Below are positions 35,721 through 48,792 of a stretch of 64,000 bases of DNA, in pieces. Source of the DNA: Phyllosticta citribraziliensis (Eukaryota). Every line of letters starts with the position of its first letter. The stretch's first letter is position 1. The stretch spans positions 62,001 through 126,000 of the forward strand of contig NW_027117344.1 in the NCBI RefSeq assembly GCF_038025025.1, given 5' to 3'. Position numbers and translations under genes: made by a program. Below the pieces are notes generated by a model. The model was given only the letters and a program-made list of their open reading frames with translations, did not search any database and was not told where the DNA came from.

Positions 35721-36851
35721 ATGCCTCCGCGAACACCGCAGCTCCCGCAACTGCGGCGCGTGCGAGTCTACAACCACCAGCTCCGTCTCGAGCAGAGCAT
35801 ACGAAGCCTCGCAAGCGCCGCCACCGCGACGGTCCCCCCCGCGCCAATTGAGCAAATGGTTGGCGCTGTGACGCCCATCCAGCGCTTCCCCAAGACGCAA
35901 CCGCCATCCTACAAACCCGCCGAATTCCGCAAAACACAGATCCTCCGCCAATACGTATCGCTGCTGCGGTCTTCGCCGCTACTACTCATCTTCCATCACA
36001 ACAACCTTCGCGCCGTTGAATGGGCTGGCATACGGCGTGAGCTCGCCAAAGCGCTGCGCAACGTCGACGCCCAAATCGCACCAGGCGTGGCAGCCGAGGA
36101 CGCCATTTCCATCCGAACTATTCAGACGGGCATGCTGGAACCTGCACTCCGCATTGTGGAATTCTTCGACCCCAAGCTGGCGAAGCTGCGACAAGAGGCA
36201 GCAAATTCGACCGCTGGCGCCCAGGACCAGGTGCAACCGCACGGCGCAACGACTCGCCCAGCGCCCAATAACCCACAGCTCGCAACCAGCGCGACGTTGA
36301 GCAGCACTACACCGCAGCCGCTCGATGCGAGCTCACCCGTCTACACGCACGCGCTGTCCGAGTATGCGCACAAGATTGCCGGTAAGCGGCGCAAGAAGGT
36401 TTCTCTAAAACCGCTGCTTTCAGGACCGCTGGCACTTGTCACGTTCCCGTCTGTGTCACCGCAGCACCTGGCAGCCGTCCTCTCCATTCTGGCGCCGTCG
36501 CCAAAGTTCCCCGCCCCCCGCCGAAAGGTCAATCCGGACTATCATGAACCTGCGGTGCAGTCAGGCCTGTCGAAGCTGATGATGCTGGGCGCGCGCGTCG
36601 AGGGCAAGGTGTTTGACTTTGAGGGCGCGAGATGGGTTGGTGGCATCGAGGGTGGTCTGGACGGCCTGCGAGCCCAGGTCGTCAATATGCTGCAGGCGGC
36701 GCCTGTTGGCGTCGTCAGCGCGCTCGAGGGCGCGAGCAAGAGTCTGTGGTGGACACTGGAGAGCCGACGGACAGACATGGACGAGAAGGAGAATCCAAAG
36801 ACGGAAGAGGGCGCGGAGAAGAAAGCAGAGGACGCGGAGAAGAAGGAGTAG
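35721..36851 (+). CDS. Mitochondrial ribosomal protein uL10m (Mrpl11-like)
   Basis: Arg-rich presequence; RKTQILRQY..LLIFHHNNLRAVEWAGIRREL; LLSGPLALVTF; GARVEGKVFD. Confidence 0.78.
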   Translation: MPPRTPQLPQLRRVRVYNHQLRLEQSIRSLASAATATVPPAPIEQMVGAVTPIQRFPKTQPPSYKPAEFRKTQILRQYVSLLRSSPLLLIFHHNNLRAVEWAGIRRELAKALRNVDAQIAPGVAAEDAISIRTIQTGMLEPALRIVEFFDPKLAKLRQEAANSTAGAQDQVQPHGATTRPAPNNPQLATSATLSSTTPQPLDASSPVYTHALSEYAHKIAGKRRKKVSLKPLLSGPLALVTFPSVSPQHLAAVLSILAPSPKFPAPRRKVNPDYHEPAVQSGLSKLMMLGARVEGKVFDFEGARWVGGIEGGLDGLRAQVVNMLQAAPVGVVSALEGASKSLWWTLESRRTDMDEKENPKTEEGAEKKAEDAEKKE

Positions 36852-37273
36852 AGCGTGGGCATTTATTGTTGGCGTGTGGTAGGGCATCGCCATGCCATCT
36901 AAATTGTACGAAGATATCATGTACATTAAAAGCTTCCATGAACAATCATCTGAATACACTGACCTGGCCATGCAAGACGCTGCGCGTACCCACCACTAGT
37001 GCGGCCGTGTTTTCGTCGTCTGGCTCGTCGCAATTGGAGAGGGAATAGAGACCTGAGTTAATTTTCCTTGGACGAGGGGAAAAGCGTCGGGGGCTCTTTC
37101 CAACTTCCCCTTAAACCGCAGCCCACCCCTATGTGTAGCCGGAGCCCTCCGCTACATGTACCTTTCACCTCTTAAACGCATCACACCAACTCTCTTCAAA
37201 CCCGCACCCTCCATTCGGTCACTCGCCCTCGCAAAGCAGTCTACTCGATCACCTTGACTCGGCCATTCTCACC

Positions 37274-37810
37274 ATGGCATCTGAATGTTAGTCTACCTCA
37301 CAGCATCTTCCCGTATCTTTGCATTCTAACATGAGTTCAGCTGGCGAGGGCAAGACTGCCGCCAGCTCTTCCACCGTCAAGAGCAATGGCAATGACGGCG
37401 AAGATGGTGGCGATCGCAAGGAGATTGTACAGGTAAGTCAACGTCGCTTCCATTTGTTTTCCACGTTGAACACATTCCCTTCAACCTCACTTTCAGCTCT
37501 TCTTCACGCCACCCGGCCCTTCATCCCTATCACGGAATCATCCCTTCGTTTGCATCATCAACCACGTCAATGTCCATGTAACACTGACTATATTTCAGAG
37601 CCTCGACTGGAGCGAATACAGCGGTTTTCTAGACGTCGGAGTATGGTTCTGGGCACAAGACAAAGCCGGAAACTGGCTTTACGTGCGCCGCGCTGAAAGT
37701 AGCGAGTGTCCCGGAAGCCATCTCCCCGACTCTGGTCAGTACATCACGCCCGTTTGGACAGCCCTAGTCTGCCATCTGGTCCCACTGCCGGTGACTCCCA
37801 TCCGATACTA
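37274..37810 (+). CDS. Small spliced hypothetical protein (~100 aa); 3' end uncertain
   Basis: ACCATGG start, two canonical introns (GTTAGT..CTAAC..CAG; GTAAGT..CTGAC..CAG) joining MASESGEGK..KEIVQ|SLDWSEYSGFLDVGVWFW in frame. Confidence 0.55.
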
Positions 37811-38410
37811 AGCGTCTACCAGGTCGACAGTAGTTACCCCTACGTGGTACCACCCGGCAGCGGCCATTACTTCCAGCTTCAGATCGCGGTGGCGGCAAAT
37901 ACGGCAGCTGTGAAATTAGAGAAGATGGTAAGTTTACTGAAGTGTTTAAGTCTACCGGTACTGATTGGCAAGGTAGAACACGCTCTATTGACGACCAACT
38001 TTTTACATATTTGTCCTCCTTTTGTCGTCGATTGCTCTCTTGCAAGATGGTATTGAGGGAGATTATCAAATAATCGGAATGTTGCTCAGAAGCAGATGGA
38101 CGCTACACCGGGTTAGGGCAGGGCAAGGAAGGGGCTCTAGGGTGCCGTACTGTAATCGCAGAGTTAAGGGGGGCTTCTGCGCGGAGTTTCGAAGTGGGTT
38201 GGAGGCAGGTCATACAGGGCAAAGAAATGCTACGGTGACGATGACGAAAAGCTTCCGTGTTTGTGTCAAATCTAGAGACACAGCGTGAGGCAGATTGCTC
38301 ACGTAGTTACATATATACGTCGAAGAGAAGTATTATTCATAACCGCGACCACAATCCTCCTCGCCCTCCTCTCTATAACCTCCCCTCCCTCCTACCCCTC
38401 CTCTTGCAAC

Positions 38411-39551
38411 TTACAGCTTCCCCCCCATCTTCTTCCTCTTCTCTCTCCTCTCTCTCCTCCCCCTCCTCTCCAACATGCTCAGCACCTCGACCCTCAAGAC
38501 GTCGCGCATGCCCGCCGCCAGCGCGGCCGCCTCGGCGTCGTCCAGCTCCTCGCGCTGCCCGCGCCCAAACATGGTCCAGCTCTTGTTCTGCAGCGCGGGC
38601 AGCGAGGCGGGCCGCGGGATGATGTGGAAGTGGACGTGCGGGACCACTTGTGCTGCGCGGGCGCCTGGGGGTGGGGTGTTAGTTTTGTGAGGACGAGGAA
38701 AGGGGAAAGGGGGAGAGGATGGGAGTGGGAGGGAAGAAGGAGGAACTTGCCGTTGTTTTGTACAATGTTGTAGTCGGATACGCCGGTGACGGCGGCGACT
38801 GTTTTGGCGAGGAGGGGCAGCCAGAAGCCTGTTGGAGGGATGGGGTGTTAGTTTGTCGAGGATGGGAGTGGTAGAGATGGTGGATGGGTGGTGTGTAGGA
38901 AAGATGCTTTTCTGTGGCCCATCCTTGCGAGCACAAGACGAGACGACCACAGGCAGAATATATAGCAGACTGCCACCCCACACATGCACCACGAAGATGA
39001 GAAAACCACATACCAAGATCCCTGCCCTCCTCTCCCGCCGCCGCCGCTGCATCGTCATCCCCATCGTCGTCCTCATCTCCACCTTCCTCCTCCTCCTCCC
39101 CCTTTTCACCACCCCCCACACCGCCCCCAACCAGCTCCTCCACCTTCCGCCGATGCCGCCGCGTCGTGACGAGCAAGTGGCCGCGCGTCATGGGCATGAT
39201 GTCCAAGAAAGCCAGCACGCGCGGCGCGGCCAGGACGACGTAGGCGGCGGGCGAGACCTTGGCGGGGTCGATGTGGGAGGGGGTGCGTGGGATGCTGGAG
39301 AGGAGGGCGGGGGGTGTGGTGGTGCTATCCCTACTACTGCTGCTGCTGCTGCTGCTATTTGTGCTGATGATGTTTGTGTTATTGTTGTTGATGTTTGTGT
39401 TGTTGTTAGGGCCTTCGCCTTGCCGCCGCCCTTGGGCCGCCGCCTGGTGCTGCGCATCGTCGGCGACCAGCTGGTGCGGATACGCGGCTGCGATGCTGCA
39501 AAAGGGGCAGGTTTGCGGGTAGAGGTGCGCCAGCTCTTTGGGCTCGCTCAT
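38411..39551 (-). CDS. HIT-family (histidine triad) nucleotide hydrolase with low-complexity inserts; 3 exons
   Basis: CPFC, LAFLDIMPMTRGHLLV, DYNIVQNN, AAQVVPHVHFHIIPR (HxHxH). Confidence 0.88.
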
Positions 39552-41948
39552 GTTGGGTGGTGGTGGGTGGTTGGCTCGTTGCAGATAGAAAGAGAGAGGG
39601 CGATTCTTGCTCTACCTGTGACGCTTTCTGCAGAGTCTGGGACTGGGAAGTGGTCGAGGAATGATAGTCTGGTGATGGCGTTGTCGATGGTGGTGTTGTG
39701 GAGGTGGCGTGATAGATGCTCCTAGCTCTTGCCCTTGCTCCCTCTTTTCCCGTCTCTTCCCTCTTCTTCACGTCTATCGTGACGATGATAGAAAATCGGC
39801 GCTGAATGGAAATGCCAATGGTCGTGGAGATGCAAATCCCGTGTCTCTAGATGCGTCCGTCCGGCCAGTCTTGCCCGTGACCAAGAAGAATCCCTGCAGT
39901 CGTAGCTCAACACAGCAGGAAAGATAGGTAGCCAGGTAAGTAGACAAAATCCGCGAGCGAGTGGGATGCGCCAATCACGACCGCATCACGGGACCGCGTC
40001 GTTCATTTCCTTTCCTTGAGAAGAGCCGAAGAGTCGTCGATCGGCCAGGCAGTCCAAGTCGTCGCTTCGTAAGGCAGGCAGGCAGAGCGCAGAGTCGATT
40101 CTTCGGCCAAAAGCGTTCCCTCGGCACATATGTCGTCACGCCCTCCGCCCTCCAGATCGTCGCTCGCTCGCCGTCCGTCAGTCAGCCACCCAGCTAACCG
40201 ACCTCACACAACCAACAGCAGGGCCTCGCGCGCGCAACCACAGCCAGCCAAACGCCAAAGTGGGGCACGTCGGAGACAGTTGCAGAAACGGGGTTTGTTT
40301 ACGGCGGCGGCTTTGCAGCTGCAGGCTCGTGGCAAGGTCGCGTCGAGCTCGTGTGTCGTTCGCGCGCTCCTCGTGCTGAGTGCCGTGTGTCGTGTGTCGC
40401 GGGTAAGCGCTGTCGCGGGTGTATGTAGTGCAGAACTGCTGCGGTCGGGCGGTTCCTTGGGCGGTTACCTGTCTGCCGTGCGGGAAGCTCAGGCAGTTCG
40501 ATGGGATGCGATAGAGGAAGTATGGATGTGAGATGTGATCTATGACGCCATGGAAACGGCTGGGGACGAATGGAAAGGTAAGGTGAGGAAGATAGCGTCA
40601 GGTAGCGTCGTCGTCGACAAGCAACACCACCACCGACAGCGGCCCGTCTCCCATCCACCCATCCATTCGAGTGATATGATATCAAATGCCGTGGCTGCTC
40701 TCTCTGCGCCCTCAACGCCATGCCATGCACTGCCAAACCACCTCGGCTTCACGCTTCCCTCTGCCCAAGCCAGTGAGTGTGCCAGTCAGGCAACCCCCTG
40801 TCTGTCCGCACCTCCAGCCATCACCCACAGCCACGCCATCCCAGCAACCGGCGCGGTCCGTCCGCCGCTTGCTTTCTCTTCGTTTGTAAACTTTGCGCCG
40901 CTGACTGGCGCCCAACGACGACCCAATCAACTTCCGTCCGTCGACCGCAACCGGGCGGGGAGCAAAAGCAGCAGCAGCAGCAGCAGCAGCAGCAAGCCTC
41001 GCAACCGGGGCAACGAGGCTCGTTCCACGGACCGACGGCCAGACGCAGAGTGCCCTGACTGGTCGCCAGCGTGGTTGATCGCGTTGTCAGGCAGAGCAGA
41101 AAAGCAAGAAAGAGAGTTGGCTCGCTTGGTTGGTGGATGGATGTATGTAAACAGTGCAACAGAGCCACCCACCCGCCCACTCACCAGCTGCTGCTGCCCC
41201 CTCCCTCGCAGCACTCGCAGCGGTGAAGAAGACACCACCATGACAGGCCCAGTACAGCAAACAAGCCATGCCATGCCCTTGCTTATGCACTCGGTCGCAT
41301 GCGTGCTGCCATCTCGTCCTTGGATCTCCATTGCTTCCTTGGAAACCCACACCCCCGTGCGTCATCATCATCATCGATGAAGAAGAAAAACAGAAAGCCC
41401 AAGAGAAGAAAGGGAAAAAACTTTCCAACATTCAAAAGCTCGTAATTCACAGGAATCAAGACCGAAACCCCTACCAACCCCCCGCTAGTCCAATCTCTCT
41501 ATCCACCCAACCTTCCCACCCCCGTTTAGTAGTTGTGGTAGCAGAACAATACACAAAGCACGCAAATGTATAGCTGCTGCTGCCCGCTGTGCTCATGCCT
41601 TTTTGTGCTGCCGCTGATCTACCGTACACAAATAGCCTCGAATGGGAGAATGAAGAGAGCCAAGACGTGTGTTTGTTGATGAAGCAGCCGGAGAGAGGCT
41701 TCGGCGCTTCCCCTCTGTGTGGACGACGCCCCCGCTCCCCCCGGCCGGAATCGATGGGAAAGTAATTGAACAAGAGGAATCCTTCCTGATACGCCATGGA
41801 TGAGAATAGGGACACTACCACAATGCTTGGACGAAAGGGAGCCACCGAGTGTCTGTCGGTATCCCGCTTCTCACTCGCCGAGGATCATGATCGCCGGTGA
41901 GATGGGATGTCCAGACACGTCCGAAGCTAACGGAATAACGCGAATGCT

Positions 41949-43486
41949 CTAGGCCTTGGTCGACTTGGCCTCGGCGGCCTGGTCGGCACAGTACTTTTTG
42001 GCCCACTGGCGCAGGACGATGGAGGCTAACGAGGTCAGTTGAGTTCTGAATGGGAGAGGTGGGAACTTACCCTTGAGGAACTTCTTGCTGGCATATTTCT
42101 TAAAGAATGCCTCGTGCACAACAACGGGAGCGCTCAGGTAGTCAATCATGAGGTCGAGGACGGGCTGGATCTCCTCCTCGGTGTAGCCAGAGTAGTGGGC
42201 AAGCACAGCATCCCACTCGCCACGCTCGAGCACCAGACGCGCGAGGTACATGGCAGCAGCCGAGATCTGGCTAGGAGGGTAGCCAATGAAGCGGTGGTCG
42301 AGGCAGCTAATCTCGAGAAGGTACTTGCCGAGGGTACGCGTCTGAATGTCATAGTTGTCGGCCTTGGATATCCTGCGGAGGAAGTTCATCGGGTTGGGGA
42401 AGCTCAAGTCGTAGTCCAGCGCGGAAAGGACGAAGCGCTCGGCACTGAGAATCTCCTCCTCAGTGAAGCCGTCGTCGGCAACGTGACGAAAGTTTTGGAC
42501 GTGGGGCGAGAGGACTTCCTCGTACTTGGAAGCAATGAACATGGCCGTGACGCCGACGAGCTGCAGGCGGTCGAGCTGGACAATCTTGCGGGAGAGGAAG
42601 CGGTCGATGATGTTGACGGCAAGAAAGAGGGTCTCGGGCAGGAGGCGGAAACGCGTGTGGACCTCTAGGAGCCAGTCGACGAGGATGCCGCGCATCTTCC
42701 ACTCCAACTCGGTCTGGTTGTCCATGTACTTGGGGTTGGCCATGGTGGCAATCTCCAGCTCCTTCAAGTAGTCGAAGATTTCGCAAACATACTCGGACAC
42801 CATCAGAGGGTCGTTGGCATCCTCCTCGTCAAGGTCGGGAACCTCGGGGTCGTCGAAGTGCTCCAACTTTTCCTCAACCACAGCCTTGGTCTCAATCTTG
42901 GGCACCTCCTCAATGGGCTCCAGGGACTTGGTCTCAACCTTGGCCTTGGTCTGCTTGGTGTTTTCCTTGGCCGGGGCCTCTTCCACCTCCTTCTCCTTGA
43001 CTTCCTTGATGACGCGCTTCTTGGCCGTGGCGCTCGACACGCCCGAGCCACTGGCAGGACGCTTGATGGTGGTCTTCTCCTTGGGACCGAGGACGGTACG
43101 CGTCGTGGTCTTGGACGCCTTGGTGACGCCGGTCGGGGCCGCCGCCTTGGACACGGGGCCCTGCTTGGTTGCAAGAGGCTTTTTGACTTCCTTGCCCTCC
43201 TTTCCAGCCTTGCCCTCTACCTCTCCCTTTGCGTTGGTGACGTCGCCGAGCGCATTGCGTTTCCTGGTCGTGGACGTGGTCGTGGCCTTTCTCGTCACCG
43301 TCTTCTTGGGCGGGTCGGCGGCCGAGACGTCTTGCGAAGACGTGAGAGCGGCCGCTTTGGCGCGCGTCATGCGTGTCGTCGTCGCGTTTTCATCGTTTTC
43401 GTTGGTCACGGTACGACGGCTGGCAGGCCGTGCCTACGAGGATTAGAGGTGTGAGAAACGCGTGAGAATAAACTTACGGGAGGCAT
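41949..43486 (-). CDS. nimE: G2/mitotic B-type cyclin (NimE/Cdc13-like); introns after MPP and at 42026-42070
   Basis: Destruction box RNALGDVTN; cyclin box MRGILVDWL..LLPETLFLAVNIIDRFLS; KYEEV; KKYASKKF. Confidence 0.95.
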
Positions 43487-44297
43487 GGCGGCGGGGTACG
43501 TCACGCTGCAATTGGGAATCTCTGGGTTTGGATGGGGAGAGGGTGGGTTGGGCGGGTCTAACGGGCGTGGTTGTTGTTGATGGGTACTGTTTATGGTGCG
43601 AGTCAGCTTTGCCGGATTCGGCCAAATTATAAACGGACAAGAGACCGAGTGGTGGACGCACGCCTATCGTGGCAGAGGTAATGGTATCGACAGCTATGCG
43701 TGCACGACGTAGTAGGTAGCGGTTGAGATGCTCAGAGCATGGAGCGTCTGGGGATGGGCAGGACGGGTGAAAATGGAGCGCGTCGAGGACGAGACGGGCA
43801 GACGATGGAGGCGAAATTCGGTGGATAGCAAGCGCGATTGACGTGCCGCAACAAGCAACGGAGACGAGACGCACAGTTTGGCGGGGGAACGGGTCGTTGT
43901 TGCTGCGATGGCGGGCGTCGTCGTGTGTCGAGAGGAGGGCGCTGGAGTGCTGCAGCGAGTTTGTTATGTCGGGACCGGGAGGCCACTGCGCCAGCTGTGA
44001 CCCCGGTTAATGTCCGGCTCTTAGCTGGGCAACGGCGGCACCGCTGGGACACACGGGCGCTGACACCTCACCTGGTAAGTGATTGGAATAACCGCCCGAA
44101 TATGCGCATGTAGCTCCTCGTCTTCTGGATCAATCGTCTCCATGTCCCTGCGTGTCAATCTCGTCTCGCTCCTCACGCGTCGTAGCCGCCAGCCAATCAG
44201 CTCCCTCCAAACGCCGAATATCTCCCGACTCACCATCGACCCTCACATTTCTCGACGTCGCCGTCCACCAATGGCCCTCTGATACATCCATCGCAAC

Positions 44298-45486
44298 ATG
44301 CTCCCCTACCGCGCCGCCCTCCGCAGGGCCGGCCAGAGTCGCCCAGCCCTCTGCACAGCCGTCCGGACGGCAGCAACAGTCACTACCACGGCATCCAAAC
44401 CGCAAGAATGGGCTGCGACCTCATCCGAATGGAGCGCCGCCGAACGGGTGAATCCACAGGCCACGTTCATGGCACAGCCCCCGAATCGTCGGGCAAAGGA
44501 GACGACTGCAATGAGGACATACACCCCGCGCACACCTGGTCTTCGGCACTTGGTGCGGCCAATCAACGACCATTTGTGGAAAGGAAGGCCAGTCAAGTCT
44601 TTGACTATTCCCAAGCTCGGATATGGAAAGGGAGGAAGAAACAACTACGGCCGCGTCACCGTGAGACACCGTGGTGGCGGACACAAGCGCAGGATACGCA
44701 CAGTCGATTTCAAGCGGTTGGAGCCAGGCAAACAATACGTCGAACGCATCGAGTACGACCCCGGACGCAGCGCGCACATTGCTCTCTTGAAGCACATGAA
44801 GACGGGCAAGTTGACCTACATTCTCGCCGCCGAAGGAATGAGAGCCGGAGATACCGTCGAGAGCTTCATGAAGGGTATCCCAAAGGACCTCATGGCAGCA
44901 ATGGGTGGCACCATTGATCCTGGTGTTTTGGCGGCCAAGACTGCTTTCCGCGGCAACTGCTTGCCTTTGCACATGGTGCCGTTGGGTTCTCAAGTCTACG
45001 CCGTTGCGTCCAAGGCCAGAGGCAAGGCTGTTTTTTGTCGTTCCGCTGGCACTTACGCCACCGTCATGTCCAGAGGAGCAACCGCAAAACAAGCAAACGA
45101 CGTCATCCTCAGATTGCAGAGCGGCGAAGTCAGAATATGTCACAAGGACGCATGTGCCACCATTGGTATTGCCAGCAACCCAATGCACCAGTACCGATCG
45201 CTAGGAAAGGCTGGTCGATCCAGGTGGTTGAACAAGAGGCCGGCGGTCAGAGGTATGGCCATGAACGCATGCGACCATCCTCACGGTGGTGGAAGAGGTA
45301 AATCAAAGGGTAACAAACCGCCGCAAAGTCCTTGGGGAACTCTGGTAAGTCAACCTGTCTTGATTGGTTCGTATCTAACTTTTACAGGCCAAAGGTGGTT
45401 ACAAGACTCGGCCCAGGCGCAAGAAGAACCCTTGGTTGATTCAGGATCGCGAGAGGAACCAGGGCAAGAGGAGAAAGACCAAATAG
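44298..45486 (+). CDS. RML2: Mitochondrial ribosomal protein uL2m; intron ~45344-45387
   Basis: GGRNNYGRVTVRHRGGGHKRR, IEYDPGRSAHIAL, RSAGT, VRGMAMNACDHPHGGG; last exon AKGGYKTR. Confidence 0.95.
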
Positions 45487-45760
45487 ATGCTGTACTATGG
45501 TGGATGTGTAATCAATTGAGCCCGATAACATGCATGTTGCCAGAACATCTTGAATCTTGAACTTGTCTTGAATGATCTCAACTCGAGCTGTATGCGCACG
45601 GACCTCGCCAAGCGCCGGCACCTTTGGATGGCAGCCCGCTTCCACGCACCTCAATCACCAACACGCTCCACATCCTAGAACCCTACGTCTCAAATCCCTG
45701 CCCCGCTCCTCCAACTTTCGACCGTCCGTCTCCTCACGTCGGGCAGCTCATCGGTTGGCC

Positions 45761-46948
45761 ATGGACGACTTCAACAGCGAGACCGACTCCGACTACACCA
45801 GCTACTGGCGCGATTGGGTAGGTGCATTGCATTTCCCCAGCTTTCCTTCTCAAGCCGCACGTCGCGCCGCTCTTTACCCCTCCTCGTCCGTTCCATCGCA
45901 GGCCCGCATTCATCATGAACCGTCGCAAAAAGTCCGCGATTCGAAGCGAGCGGGAGAGTCAAAACTCGGATGCAGAACATCCCAGGAAAAAGACTCGTAC
46001 AGCTCCGCCTTCCCAAGAGATTTCGGGCCATACGGGCTCCGAGGAAGGACACGAAGCAACGCCGTCTGGAAATGAGAAGTCCGACACTGGCAGCCCTCGA
46101 GGCGGACAAACCTTGGATTCGGACGGCTGGAGATACTCATCAAAGGCTTGTGATTTGAGACGTTTTGAAAGTCGCTAACTGTATCTTCAACAGTTCATCT
46201 CCTCCCGAGGCAATGAATACTTTTGCGAAATCGACGAAGACTACCTCACCGACCGCTTCAACCTTACCGGCCTAAACACCGAGGTTCAATACTACCAATA
46301 TGCGCTCGACCTCATCACCGACGTCTTCGATCTCGACTGCGACGATGACATGCGGGAAGCTATCGAGAAGTCGGCAAGGCACTTGTATGGCCTGGTGCAC
46401 GCGCGGTACATTGTGACGACTAGGGGACTAGCAAAGATGGTAGGTATTCTCGTCGTGTTAAAGACGTAGCTGACGGAGAACAGCTCGAAAAGTTCAAGAA
46501 GGCCGACTTTGGCAAGTGTCCTCGCGTCATGTGCGAGGGACAGCCTCTTCTTCCCATGGGTCAGTCGGACATTTCCAGCACCTCGCCAGTCAAGCTGTAC
46601 TGTGCTCGCTGCGAAGATCTCTACAACCCCAAGTCTTCCCGTCATGCCTCGATCGACGGCGCCTACTTTGGCACTTCTTTCCACAACATCTTGTTCCAAG
46701 TCTACCCCGCCTTGCAACCGCCCAAATCTCAACGACGATACGAACCCCGCGTGTTTGGATTCAGGGTCCACGCTGCCGCAGCACTTCAACGATGGCAAGA
46801 TGGACGCAAGGAAGACATGAAGGATCGCTTGAGGAAAGCCAACGTTGACGTTGGTTTCGACGACGACGAAGACGGCGAACTTGAAGATATGGATGACGAC
46901 GAGGCTTACGAGGGCGCTCTGGCTTCGGTCAGGAATCAGCATCTGTGA
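45761..46948 (+). CDS. CKB2: Casein kinase II regulatory subunit beta (beta-2 type); 3 exons
   Basis: MDDFNSETDSDYTSYWRDW|FISSRGNEYFCEIDEDYLTDRFNLTGL; HARYIVT; FGKCPRVMC..VKLYCARC; DGAYFGTSF. Confidence 0.92.
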
Positions 46949-47490
46949 ATTTTTCGTGGGTTTCATGGCGTTGGGGAGGTAACCAAGGAGCCTGGGTGGA
47001 GGCTCATGGGCATTTCTTTGGCGTCGGAGGTTATTGGTAGTAACCAACGCTAGGTTCGATATCCAGTACGCTAATATCGACTCTGGAAGCTGCAGATCGT
47101 TCCTTGGTTGGTTTTGCGGAATTCAGGGATCGATGTCATCCCTCTACACGATGTGAATGCTCTTCTTGAAGCAACTCGAGGTGGTTAAGCAGAGGCGGAT
47201 GCATTTTAATATGTTCGAGCAAGCCTTGAAGTGAGGGTCATTCCGACAACCTTGGAAGAAGCACGAGTAAAACTGCGGTACAACCTCGGATGGGTGACCA
47301 TTCCAGCAAGCAACGAAGTCGCCTTTCTTCTGACGTCACGCGGTCCCTGTCTTGAGCCCTGGATATATCAATCCCCCGGAACCGCTAGATGCTTGCGTCC
47401 TGCCTGTCAGCTACATCTACGCTGACGCCGAATCCATCATCCCTCGACAGTCTTTGACATCTTCACCTCGTCTATCATTCTACTGCCAAC

Positions 47491-48792
47491 ATGGTGGAAC
47501 TTCGCAATGGCAAGCAGGCCGATCAGGCAGGCATCCATCAGCCTGCTCAAGCACATCACGCAAACGTCGAGGCTCACGTCAATGCCAAACGCAAGGACAG
47601 CCTCGCGTATGAGCATAGCAACCATCCCGTGAGCCACGTGGATGCTGGGGACGACCTCCCTCGTATCTTGGAGGAGATTGGAGAGGAAGAGAGGAAGCAG
47701 GAGCAAGAACAGAAGGAAAAACTGCAAAACGAATCCTGGCCCATCGAGCACGGCTTCGACGATGATTTCGAACACCACCAGCAGCATGGGCAACTGTCTC
47801 TTCCGCAGGACTACCACGAAAACATCCAGAGCATCCCGCAGAAGCGAGCGCACAGTGACATCTCGCTGCTCAATTTCGACGACGACGACGTCGTCCGCGC
47901 GCTTGACGGCGAGAAGAAGGAGCAGCTGGAGACGCTGGACGAGATTGACGAGTGGGAGGAGCAGAAGCTGGAAGACATGCTCAAGGAGCACGAGAGTAAC
48001 GAGGGGGAGAAGCAGGGCGAACTTATTGCAAAAACTGCGACGGGCAGTGATGTCGAGGTTCCCATCCAGCCGCCTGACCGGCGTCCGACTCCTGGCCGCA
48101 TCAACAACCCACGCGCGGTCAATGAAGAGGGTGCGGCGCCTGTCTACTCGAAAGGCGTTGTTGAGGAATTCCCTTGGAAGACTGATCCTAACTATTCGCG
48201 GCGCACGTACCTCGATATGGATGAGCATGGCTTGTTCTCTGAGTCTGCGGACGCGCCTGAAGGGCCTCCGAAGAAGAAGGGCCGCTACAACAATCCAGAG
48301 CGCCTCAAGTGGGAGGAAGAGCAGCCATACGTCAACCCAGACTCCTTCTCCCATGCCACGCACCTCTGTGCGTCTCGGGGACCCAACGGGCCGCCAACCT
48401 ACGACTCAGCCGGCTACCTTCTCGACTACGAGAAGTGCTCGAAAGTGACGCAGCCATCAGGCGTCCCGCGTCCTTCGAGGAAGAGCTGGAAGGCCGAAGA
48501 GAAAAGGATGGAGCATGACGAACAAGAAGCGCTGGAGATGACCCAGCTGTTCTTTGAGCCCGGCGCTGCTCCGGCCAAGGAGGACATTCAATCGGCTGTC
48601 ATCGACCACTGGCGCGATCGCGTGAGCAAGGATCTGGGCGTGCCGTGGCATGCAATCGGCTTGGAGCAGTTTCGCGAGTGGGATCAAAAGGGCTTTGCAA
48701 AGGCGAAGGAGGGCGAGTACAGGGACTTTGATCAGGTGGAGAAGGAGAGGATGATGGAGTTGCACTCGGGTTCATACTTCAGGCCTGGTTAA
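47491..48792 (+). CDS. Hypothetical acidic protein, intronless
   Basis: 433-aa ORF with coding-like codon use; C-terminal GPNGPPTYDSAGYLLDYEK..WRDRVSKDLGVPWH..GSYFR. Confidence 0.7.
   Translation: MVELRNGKQADQAGIHQPAQAHHANVEAHVNAKRKDSLAYEHSNHPVSHVDAGDDLPRILEEIGEEERKQEQEQKEKLQNESWPIEHGFDDDFEHHQQHGQLSLPQDYHENIQSIPQKRAHSDISLLNFDDDDVVRALDGEKKEQLETLDEIDEWEEQKLEDMLKEHESNEGEKQGELIAKTATGSDVEVPIQPPDRRPTPGRINNPRAVNEEGAAPVYSKGVVEEFPWKTDPNYSRRTYLDMDEHGLFSESADAPEGPPKKKGRYNNPERLKWEEEQPYVNPDSFSHATHLCASRGPNGPPTYDSAGYLLDYEKCSKVTQPSGVPRPSRKSWKAEEKRMEHDEQEALEMTQLFFEPGAAPAKEDIQSAVIDHWRDRVSKDLGVPWHAIGLEQFREWDQKGFAKAKEGEYRDFDQVEKERMMELHSGSYFRPG

Noticed and set aside
33583..36851. Divergent mitochondrial ProRS / uL10m pair as a novel cluster
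   Set aside because: Head-to-head housekeeping pairs are routine in compact fungal genomes, with several others in this window
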